Assembly: GCA_049517415.1 (NCBI GenBank)
Contig: JBEKSC010000016.1
Span: 1-64,000, forward strand
Direction: 5' to 3'
Source of the DNA: Candidatus Bathyarchaeia archaeon
Lineage (GTDB): Archaea > Thermoproteota > Bathyarchaeia > 40CM-2-53-6
Length of the DNA stretch: 64,000 nucleotides
The position numbers and the translations under genes are program-made. This document shows, piece by piece, positions 41,101 to 49,235 of the stretch (its first letter is position 1; each line of letters begins with the position of its first letter). The notes below the pieces were generated by a model. The model was not told where the DNA came from. It did no database searches and saw only the letters and a list, made by a program, of their open reading frames with translations.

Positions 41101-41951
41101 TTTCGTTTTCTGAAATACCATTCCTCGCCCTGCTTGGAGACGAAGGTGAAGCCCTCTTCGATCAGTTCGGTGTGTTCCTGCTTGGTTGATGCGACCTTGC
41201 AGATCCATTCATCGGAATCGAGCGGGAGGAGATGGATGTACTTTATTGTGGAGGTTAGGCTTCGGTGACCGAGTCGCTCCTTCACGTAGAGCAAGTCCTT
41301 GGTTCTGGCGTATTCGAGGGTGCCGCCGTAGTGTCGTAGGGTCTTGAAAGAGATGCGGCGTATGCGTGGGTTCCCTAGCCGTAAGGCGATTTTGGCGCGT
41401 TGTTTTGCGAAGTTTCGGTAGAAGTCGTCGTAGGTTTCTTCGAGGTCGGTTAGTTGGTCTGTGTGGAAGATGTGTTGGTTTGTTCGTGGACGGGCCAGTA
41501 GTGCGGCTATGGTTTGGGGTTTGAGTTTGATTCGGCGTGGTTTGGAGCCTTTCTCTGGAGTAATGTTGACTGTGTTGCTGTTCAGATCGAGATCAGTCCA
41601 TTTGAGGTCGAAGACTTCGCCGGCGCGGGCGTAGGTGTCTTTGACGGTCATCATGAATGCTGCAAGTTTTGAGCCGAGTCCGCCGATTAGTTGGTTGATT
41701 TCTTCTTCGGTGGGGAGGAAGGTGGGCATTTCGACTGGGCCGCTTCGGGGTCGTTCCCACTTTATTCCTAGTTGCCGGTAGAGCCTGTTGGCGTCGGTGA
41801 TGATTTTGTGTTTTCGGTTTTGGGTGTAGGTTGCGGTGGCTAGGTAGGTTTTGAGTTCCGTCGGGTTAGTGATGTTGCAGCGATTTGCAACCGCTTTGAG
41901 GGTTTTGATTGCGGACTTGATTGTCGAATTTTTGTAGCCTTCGCGCTGCAT
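41097..41951 (-). CDS. tyrosine integrase 2
   Basis: TYARAGEV, EKGS, KTLRH, LGH, IKY; same C-terminal tail as integrase 1 (WICKVA...GFTFVSK.GEEWYFRKRK). Confidence 0.92.
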   Translation of the reverse strand: MQREGYKNSTIKSAIKTLKAVANRCNITNPTELKTYLATATYTQNRKHKIITDANRLYRQLGIKWERPRSGPVEMPTFLPTEEEINQLIGGLGSKLAAFMMTVKDTYARAGEVFDLKWTDLDLNSNTVNITPEKGSKPRRIKLKPQTIAALLARPRTNQHIFHTDQLTDLEETYDDFYRNFAKQRAKIALRLGNPRIRRISFKTLRHYGGTLEYARTKDLLYVKERLGHRSLTSTIKYIHLLPLDSDEWICKVASTKQEHTELIEEGFTFVSKQGEEWYFRKRK

Positions 41952-41983
41952 CCAGAGCGCGTGCTGTAGAATAGCTGGGTTGG

Positions 41984-42107
41984 TGGTGCGGGGGAGGGGA
42001 TGTTCGCCGATCCCCGCCGACGTGCCCCCACTACGGGGGGTTCCGTCGATTTTACGGGGGGTCGGATTCGAACCCCTGAACTCCTACGGGACAGGGTCCT
42101 AAGCCCC
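41984..42107 (-). tRNA. tRNA-Leu(TAG) 3' fragment with encoded CCA and a 66-nt BHB intron at position 59/60 (42001-42066); 5' half absent
   Basis: GGG-CTTAGGA-CCC anticodon arm, variable arm TCCCGTAGGAGTTC, AGGGGTTCGAA|intron|TCCCCT CCCCCGC A CCA. Confidence 0.85.
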
Positions 42108-42372
42108 TCGCGCATATGCGAGTGAATTAGTCATGTGGTTGGGGTATTGTTGTAGTGTTCTATGGGGGTTAAACGGTCTGGTGGAAAAAACTCGTTTTCG
42201 CAGGACCGCATAAATACCCGGAGCCTTGTCGAGTGCTTGTTTCTGCCGCCCCCGTGGGACTGGTTTTCCTATTACATGCTCTGACCTGTGGCGTTGCTAC
42301 TACCGTTCGCAAAGGAAGGCATCCCAGCCCTTCTCCGCCAGTTTCGGTATCTGAGCAGGTTCTCGGTTGATT

Positions 42373-43707
42373 TTAGAAAGATCTACTGTATGGCTTAAAG
42401 TTCGGTCGGGGCGGCTGTTGTGTTGATGCGTAGATGGCTAGTGCGAGGCTCCACAGTTGATCGTCGTGCGTGCCTGCTGGGTGGCTGAACTTTTGCGTCC
42501 CGGACTTGGTGGTTTCGCATTGTTGCTCGGTCATTTGGACTAGGAGTTGTTGGTTATCTCTTGGGAGGGTGAGTCTTCCGTGTTGCAGGGTGAGTCTCAG
42601 TTTGCCCATGATGTCTTCCTTCATTTGAGCAGTTAGGGTGACGCCTTCCATTCCTCGCATGAATTGGTTGATCTCTTCGTATGGTCCTTCACCTACGCCC
42701 GTCTTATCGAGGCACCCAGCTGCGAAGCGGTAGGCTTCATTCAACCGTCTCGCGGTGCCTATGACTGCGGTGTAGGGGGTTTCAAGCGGGAACTCGTGTA
42801 GGTAGACGAGGCGTAGGTCATCATCAGTCTTCTCTACAATGGCGATTGCGGAATGGTCAGCGTGCTTACCGAAATCTATTCCCATAAAGTATTCGCCCTT
42901 GTACCTTTCACCTTGCAGTGGTTCCCCGTTTAGCGCATATTCGTCGTTCGTGCAGCCTAACACCAACTTGCTGGGCAGGAAGCTGAATCGGTCGTCCATG
43001 AATACGGCGTTGTACTCACGGTTGAAGGCAAAGTCACCAATGGCTCTCCTCTCCAATTCCAACTTTTCCTTGGTAACCGTAGGGTTCATGGCGCTCGGCC
43101 AAGTATAGGTCGTGGATCCCAATTCGGGCTTGCTCAACGCCTCATAAAATGGGTGGTCCCGAGTCCATGGCGTGGAGGTCATGATCATTCTGGCCCCTGA
43201 TCGTGCAATCATAGTCGGTCTAATCACCGACTCAATGACAATCCTCGGTATGAAATTCGCTTCGTCCAAAATCACCATGTCCGCAGTGTAACCTCGTAAA
43301 GTTGAGCCGTCCCTTCCACAGGGCAAGGCTACGATCTCCGAGCCGTTCGAGAATCGAACTTTTGTTCTAGTTTTGTAACCCACCATTAGCCTCGCTGGGA
43401 TCGCCGTTTCTGTTAGGTCGAGGATTTTGTCGAAGAGTATAATGCTCTGTCGTAGGCCAGCGCTTACGATCAGGATTCGTACACGGCTATTTGCGAGTGC
43501 GAAGTGTAAGGCTTTGATGGCGGCTAGGGTGGTCTTTCCGACCTGTCGGCCGCAGCAGGCTGCAATTAACGGGGATTTGTCCCGGAGGAATTCCTCTTGG
43601 TATGGGTAGGGTTGGAAGTGTAGGAATGTTCTAGCGAACTGAACGGGGTCCGGAATGGTTTTGGTGAGTAGTTCCTTGTATTGCTTGACGAGTTTATTGT
43701 GTTCCAA
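42373..43707 (-). CDS. terL: terminase large subunit
   Basis: GRQVGKTT, LRGYTADMVILDEA, TSTP, GIDFG, DKTGVG, HDDQLWSLALA. Confidence 0.92.
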   Translation of the reverse strand: MEHNKLVKQYKELLTKTIPDPVQFARTFLHFQPYPYQEEFLRDKSPLIAACCGRQVGKTTLAAIKALHFALANSRVRILIVSAGLRQSIILFDKILDLTETAIPARLMVGYKTRTKVRFSNGSEIVALPCGRDGSTLRGYTADMVILDEANFIPRIVIESVIRPTMIARSGARMIMTSTPWTRDHPFYEALSKPELGSTTYTWPSAMNPTVTKEKLELERRAIGDFAFNREYNAVFMDDRFSFLPSKLVLGCTNDEYALNGEPLQGERYKGEYFMGIDFGKHADHSAIAIVEKTDDDLRLVYLHEFPLETPYTAVIGTARRLNEAYRFAAGCLDKTGVGEGPYEEINQFMRGMEGVTLTAQMKEDIMGKLRLTLQHGRLTLPRDNQQLLVQMTEQQCETTKSGTQKFSHPAGTHDDQLWSLALAIYASTQQPPRPNFKPYSRSF

Positions 43708-44098
43708 GTTTCAGGCCTTGCTGCGTAATTTCTCTAAGTTCGTTGATTACATCGGATTGAGTTTCCTTGCCTAATCTGTCGCGTCGGTTGAGTACGAGTT
43801 GCTGGATGGCGGTGTCGATGATTTTTGAAAACTTCAGTTTGGTGTACGCGACGCTTGCGTAGGTTTCTACGCTGGCGGTGTTCGCGTCAAGGAATTTTTC
43901 CGCCTTCTTCGCGTAAATCATTGTTCGGGCGATCAGGTCGACGTAGTAGTCGTCGACGGCCGGCAGGTATCCGCCTATCTTCTCTAGGGCTTTCACGATT
44001 GGGGTTCGGGTTCGCTCGTATTCAGCTGCGTCTTTCTCCGTAAGCTTAGGCACTTTAACTACCGGGTCCGGCGGGCCGCCCACATGTTTGATTTTCAT
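43694..44098 (-). CDS. putative terminase small subunit
   Basis: Helical 134-aa ORF overlapping the terL start; the call is mostly positional. Confidence 0.45.
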   Translation of the reverse strand: MKIKHVGGPPDPVVKVPKLTEKDAAEYERTRTPIVKALEKIGGYLPAVDDYYVDLIARTMIYAKKAEKFLDANTASVETYASVAYTKLKFSKIIDTAIQQLVLNRRDRLGKETQSDVINELREITQQGLKLGTQ

Positions 44099-44499
44099 TG
44101 AAGCAAGGCTCCCTCGGTTCTGCTCTTACTCCCGGAGTCGTCTTGATTCGAGCGGGCCAGCGCTAGGTACTGGAATAGGAATAACCTGTAGAGGTGTTGT
44201 TGGGGGAGGTGGTGGGTGGTTGCAAATTCCTTCAACCTTGCCAAGAGCGCCGTCGGCACCCAAGCGTCAACTATCACGCTCCGCTTCCCGTACATCAAGG
44301 CGTGGCAGGGGTTCGCCAAGCCAGCGCGCAGGGCTTCGGCAATGAGTAGAGTCCTAGAGCAGGCGCCGCTCTCTGCGACCGATTCGCCTAGCTGTTCAGC
44401 TTCGGTTTCGGTTAGAAGTAGTCGTAGTTTCGAGCAGGGGCTCTGCGTACGCCCGTAGGCTCTGCCCTTCCTGTTCACCATGTCTTGTCGCTCAACCAT
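44095..44499 (-). CDS. putative tandem ribbon-helix-helix DNA-binding protein
   Basis: Two strand-helix-helix-like units (LRLLLTETEAEQL...SRTLLIAEAL; VDAWVPTALLARL...QQHLYRL); overlaps the next gene. Confidence 0.45.
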   Translation of the reverse strand: MVERQDMVNRKGRAYGRTQSPCSKLRLLLTETEAEQLGESVAESGACSRTLLIAEALRAGLANPCHALMYGKRSVIVDAWVPTALLARLKEFATTHHLPQQHLYRLFLFQYLALARSNQDDSGSKSRTEGALLQ

Positions 44500-44889
44500 T
44501 AACCCGAGCTGGTTGGGCGACAGACGCGAGACCCCGAGCCCTCCCTATTAATTCGCTTCTCACCGCTCGTTCGGGTCACCGCGAAAGCAGCCCGTCTCCG
44601 CGACAAAGCTGCGACTCATGGCTGACAGCCCTTGGTCTACCCTAAACCAGCGCCCAAAACCCGTAGTAAGCAAATAATCCAATCATTCACAACTCAAGGC
44701 CTTCCATGCCAGTGAAACTACGTACCCATCGGTAAGCGAAACAAAGGGGTGTAGTTGGTCTGCTGGATGATAAGCCATATACGCCTCTGACCAGTTTCTA
44801 ACTCAAACTGTCCGGATTGGTCAAATAATGCGGACCCTGAACGATAAAAGCGAGAAGAGTTTAGAGAAGAAATGTTCAGGCGGTTGGGA

Positions 44890-45839
44890 ATGAAAAAGAA
44901 TATCCAGCAAGCTATCGAAGGCGGAGCGGGCGAAAAACGGAAGCGGTAACAAAACTCGGGATCTCACACGCTCGGACCTGCACATGTACAGGGAACCATC
45001 TCAACTGTATGTCCGCAAAGGACTGGATAAAATCGCAGCTCGGAGTGTGGGAGGTATTCTATGAGAAGAGGGATATTCGTGATAAGGACGTTCATCCAGC
45101 GGTTATGCCGATTGCGCTGGCGAAAAGAGCGATTGAACTCTTTACTCATAGAGGGGAGTTAGTCCTTGACCCGTTCAACGGGATTGGGACGACACTCTTG
45201 GCGGCCAAAGACCTTGACCGGAACGCTGTAGGTTTCGATATCAGTGAAAAATTCTGCGAAACAAGTGAACAGAGGATGGTACAGAGCAAGCTTACCGGTG
45301 AGTCAAGTCAGCTCGTTGTATGTGATGATGCCCGAAACATTCCCAGCTACCTAGAGGAGGAAACTGTCAAACTGATCTTCACTTCACCGCCATACGCAAA
45401 CTTGCTGAATCGGCGTAGACTTAACAAAAGCAGGCGGGGTGACATGCGCCAGAACAAACAGTATCTCAGAGTGGAGCAGTATAGCCAGGACCAGCGTGAC
45501 TTGGGAACACTCCAAATAGAAGACTACGCGGCCCAGTTGAAAACGATCTATGAGGAATTGCTTCCCCTGTTGGTTCCAAAAGGTCACAGTGTCATCAATG
45601 TTCCCGACATGTGGTGGAGCGACGGAGATGGGGGCAAGCGCATTCCTATTCACATATACGCCTACCATGCGATGCTCGAGGCTGGGTATGAGCTTCGGAA
45701 CACGATAATCTGGGACCGCACCAACATCGTCAACCAGATAGGCATCTTTGGATGGCCGTCTAACTACATTACGATGGGAACTACGTTCGAATACCTACTT
45801 GATTTCTGGAGGCCACCTTTTCAGAAGAGGGCTGATTAG
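44890..45839 (+). CDS. N4/N6 DNA methyltransferase; N-terminus probably frameshifted at an A5 run (44933-44937)
   Basis: HPAVMP, VLDPFNGIGTT, FTSPPY; the frame is open upstream of 45009 (HARTCTCTGNHLNC) with no start unless joined to ATG 44890. Confidence 0.85.
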
Positions 45840-46621
45840 AAGACTCGCTCAACTATGTCGTAGAGCTCAGGCCACATATCCTGTTTCATGCGAAACTTAG
45901 TTCCGTGGTTGTGAGTCGTCTTGGCATCGAAGTCCACGAGCACAAATCCATTGTCTATACCGGCAAGGAAATTGTCGAAGTTGAATTCCTCAAGCATTAG
46001 GCAGCTTTCGTAGAGAAACTGTTCTTTGCCTTCAATGATCTGCGTTTTCGCAAGGAGATAAAATGAACTCTTCAGTTTGGGTCGAGTTTTGGCTTTAAGT
46101 TTGTCAAAAGGCCAGTAGGGCTCAGGGTCGATTTTTCCCAATCCGACCTTATGTTCTACTCCCTTTAGCCAATCTTTGTGGCTTGAATCAACTTGGTTTG
46201 AATCAAAATCGATCTGCACTTGTTCCTTTGTTCGGTCAACGACCACCTTGAAGCCCCGGTCAGTATATTTATTGCCGCTCATGGTCACCCGAAAGCTCAT
46301 TTCATTCGCTTCTGTCTGATGGGGCCAACCATACTTGGGAAGAAGTATTCTGGGAACGATCTTTGCTTGTCTCGGCCAAGGTTCGAAGTGAAAGAGCGTG
46401 GTGAGAGAACTGGTTCCGCTTCGTTGCGACTTAAGTTCCCATGCACCTGCGTTAGCTATAGGGAGATTATTCTCTTTGATTCCTAGCAGGTCCTCAAGTG
46501 TGTTCCCAACTGCTCCTACATTATGTATAGATCGACCGCTTGGAATCCATCCTTTCTCCTTAATTTTCCGAAGGCGGTCTATGAACTGCTCCTTAGTATA
46601 GATTCGGTCAGAGGAGGGCAA
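45836..46621 (-). CDS. MvaI/BcnI family restriction endonuclease
   Basis: GAVGNTLEDLLGIKENN, WELKS, LTTLFH, HNHGTKFR; convergent with the MTase. Confidence 0.88.
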   Translation of the reverse strand: MPSSDRIYTKEQFIDRLRKIKEKGWIPSGRSIHNVGAVGNTLEDLLGIKENNLPIANAGAWELKSQRSGTSSLTTLFHFEPWPRQAKIVPRILLPKYGWPHQTEANEMSFRVTMSGNKYTDRGFKVVVDRTKEQVQIDFDSNQVDSSHKDWLKGVEHKVGLGKIDPEPYWPFDKLKAKTRPKLKSSFYLLAKTQIIEGKEQFLYESCLMLEEFNFDNFLAGIDNGFVLVDFDAKTTHNHGTKFRMKQDMWPELYDIVERVF

Positions 46622-47103
46622 ATCAATTTCAAGTGTCTATGCCACGTAGCATTATATGAAACATGGTTGTCAGAATGCGAGAAAAGGGCGCCGAGCTCTT
46701 CGTGTAATAGTACCCGCAATCGTAAATTGCCGTCAATCCGACGACCTCTGGGTTCAAATTCTATTGGGTTTCAAAGTTCTCCGCTCGGGCAAAGAAGCGA
46801 AAAGCCTGGTCTCTCTTGCGGGGCGTTTCAAGCCACGTAGAATCTGCGTGGGTCACTCGCTATTAGGCCTTAGTCAACGATCCCGTGAGACCTATTTCGA
46901 AGACAACTCAGGCTCTACATGCAAGCCCCCGATTTGGCGGCGATTTAACACAAAATACCCTTCATACCCCGCCGTTCCCCTGATACCATGATTCTCCACC
47001 CGGATTAGAGATGAGTAACATGTTGTACCCAGAAAACTACACCACATATTCAATCGCACACTCAAGCGTGCGCCCACCCAACAACGTAATAACCTGACAT
47101 AGT

Positions 47104-47316
47104 TTGCTCCAAAACAGGAGACAACTCCAAGCCATCCGAACTGACATGATGCTTCTGCAGGGCTACGACCTCCTCAAGATGATGATGCAGCAGAAACGAT
47201 TCCCCATCTCTGAACAACTCGAGTTAGCGAACAAGTTGAACATCGAACGGTTCCAGCTCACCAAGGCCGGTCAAATTCAATTCAGCCACCCAGACGGGAC
47301 CAAGGTGTTAGGTTGA
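47104..47316 (+). CDS. small hypothetical protein
   Basis: 70-aa ORF in a gene-free gap. Confidence 0.35.
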   Translation: MLQNRRQLQAIRTDMMLLQGYDLLKMMMQQKRFPISEQLELANKLNIERFQLTKAGQIQFSHPDGTKVLG

Positions 47317-47355
47317 ACCGAGTATACCCATTACCGCTGATCTATAGTGGGGTGC

Positions 47356-48222
47356 TTAGCCGCTTACGAGCGAGCGGGCTAGGAGGAATATGTTGCTTTT
47401 ATGTTCGCGAATTCGCCGTACCGAGTAGGGCCACCAGCCCTTCCCGTAGGGTATGTATTCGCTCACTCGATATCCATGTTGGGCGAGTTCAATCTTCTTC
47501 TTGTCCCTAATCCCCATCAGCATTTCAAACTCGAAATCTACCTGCCGACTCCCACTTAGTTCCACTGCTTCCTCAATCAATTTCTCATCATGGGTAGCGA
47601 TAGCGAATCCTTCTCCCCGCTCAAACATCATTCGCATTAGCTTTGAGAAGTTTTCGTTAATCTGCTTCTTGTTTTTGAAAGCGATCTCGGGTTTCTCGTT
47701 GTAGGCGCCTTTGACTAACCTTATCATTCCTTTTGAGTCAAGGATTCGGTTCACGTCTTCCTCGCTTCTCTTCAAGTATGACTGGATCGCAACCCCAACA
47801 TTGTCGAATTTCTTCCGGAGTTCTAGGTATGAATCAATCGTATCCGCCGTGTATGGGGATCCTTCCATGTCGATCCATACGAAGTTCCCGAGTAATTTTG
47901 CGGTGCTTACAATGCTGTTCAAATTGTTTTCGAAGAGTTTCTTGTCGATACCCAAGCCTAGCTGGGTTGGCTTGATGGATATGCAGCTTCGGATCTTACG
48001 TGCGTCGATTGCTTTCAGGAGTTGAAGATACTCTGTCGTGGCAGCAGCAGTTTCCTCCTGTGCGGCGACATCCTCTCCAAGAAGGTTTATGATTCCCAGC
48101 ATTTTGTGGGCGTTCGATTGCTGAGCGCGTTCCATCGCCTCCTCGTAGGTCTCGCCAGCTATCCAATGTTTAGCAATTTGGAAGAGCAGACCATTCCACA
48201 GACTAGCCGACTCAGACACCAC
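47356..48222 (-). CDS. monofunctional proline dehydrogenase
   Basis: WIAGET, SIKPTQLG, WIDMEGS, IRLVKGAY, IATHD, YIPYG...YSVRR. Confidence 0.95.
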   Translation of the reverse strand: MVSESASLWNGLLFQIAKHWIAGETYEEAMERAQQSNAHKMLGIINLLGEDVAAQEETAAATTEYLQLLKAIDARKIRSCISIKPTQLGLGIDKKLFENNLNSIVSTAKLLGNFVWIDMEGSPYTADTIDSYLELRKKFDNVGVAIQSYLKRSEEDVNRILDSKGMIRLVKGAYNEKPEIAFKNKKQINENFSKLMRMMFERGEGFAIATHDEKLIEEAVELSGSRQVDFEFEMLMGIRDKKKIELAQHGYRVSEYIPYGKGWWPYSVRRIREHKSNIFLLARSLVSG

Positions 48223-48616
48223 TCACCCACGGGGACGGTGCCGAATAAAGTTGATTGTCGCTGAGGCGTTCGTATTGCCTTTCCATAAACTCCGCACACT
48301 CGGCCGACGACATCAATCGATTGAGGATATGGGTGTACGTCTCGCCTTTCCTTCCCAACGATCGCAAACGATCCCTCGTCTCCTGACATCACTGTGTTGC
48401 TTCGACAAGAAATCTTCCAGACTTAGAGTAAGACTACGTATCGCAACGTTGAATTTGAACCGTCATTGTGTCTGGGTTCGGACCAGCTATACCACCACAA
48501 GAACGGTTAGCTGGGATCGAGTCTCAAGATTGAGTTGGAAATGAGCGTTATCTGCGCGAGTAATTTGGGAAAAATAAATATGCTACTGCTGTCAAGAAAC
48601 GTTTGAAGGAATTGTA

Positions 48617-49036
48617 TTGACCGAACTTGCACAATCTAAGACGATTGAGAACCTGAGAGCAGCTTTCGCCGGAGAGTCGCAAGCCAATCGGCGGTACACC
48701 TACTTCTCAAGGAAGGCAGATGAAGAAGGTTACCCCGAGGTTTCCGCTCTTTTCCGTTCGGTGGCTGACGGAGAAACAGCACACGCCCTGAGGCACTTCG
48801 ATTACATGAGGAAAGTTGGCGATCCGGTAACGAAAGTACCTGTGCTAGATGTTAGGGGAATGCTGGAGTCGGCAGTGAAGGGCGAAACGTACGAGTGCAC
48901 GACAATGTATCCTGAATTCGCGAAAGTGGCACGACAGGAAGGCTTCGAAGAGATAGCGAAATGGTTCGAGACACTAGCCAAAGCCGAGAAGGCACACGCA
49001 GGCAAATACAAGCAAGCCCTGGACAAATTAGAGTAG
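48617..49036 (+). CDS. short rubrerythrin-family protein without a rubredoxin domain
   Basis: AFAGESQANRRY, ETAHA, GETYE, AEKAHA. Confidence 0.93.
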   Translation: MTELAQSKTIENLRAAFAGESQANRRYTYFSRKADEEGYPEVSALFRSVADGETAHALRHFDYMRKVGDPVTKVPVLDVRGMLESAVKGETYECTTMYPEFAKVARQEGFEEIAKWFETLAKAEKAHAGKYKQALDKLE

Positions 49037-49046
49037 GCGCCGTATT

Positions 49047-49220
49047 ATGATCAATTCGAAAGTCGAAGTCGCGTTAAACGATCAGATCAGAAAGGACTTC
49101 TACTCTTCCTACCTGTATCTTTCGATGGCAGCAAATTTCGCATCTATGAACTTTAACGGATTCGCTCATTGGATGAAGATCCAAGCTAACGAGGAAACGA
49201 AACATTCCTTAGCGCAGTAG
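49047..49220 (+). pseudogene. truncated ferritin (N-terminal 57 aa)
   Basis: MINSKVEVALNDQIRKDFYSSYLYLSMAANFASMNFNGFAHWMKIQANEETKHSLAQ*; below the ORF-track cutoff. Confidence 0.85.
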
Positions 49221-49235
49221 GAATAGCGTTGTAAG

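Larger units (their letters stand above)
10200..46621. mobile_element. defence/mobile region surrounding the resection operon (boundaries approximate)
   Basis: Dense nucleases, four MTases, integrases, tRNA fragments, terminase and several disrupted genes; no terminal att pair could be identified. Confidence 0.6.

Noticed and set aside
41840..42115. 91-aa ORF over the tRNA fragment
   Set aside because: Out of frame with the integrase and explained by GC-rich tRNA/intron sequence.
41984..42300. Intact tRNA-Leu gene
   Set aside because: No D-arm or 5' acceptor strand (GCGGGGG) is found upstream on the minus strand.
44770..44800. Degenerate tRNA-Leu 5' half (CTGGTCAGAGGCG...GGCTTA on the minus strand)
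   Set aside because: Resembles a Leu D-loop, but there is no acceptor strand and the spacing to the anticodon is wrong; could be chance.
40065..46621. Complete provirus
   Set aside because: No recognisable portal, capsid, tail or replication genes, and no matching att pair.
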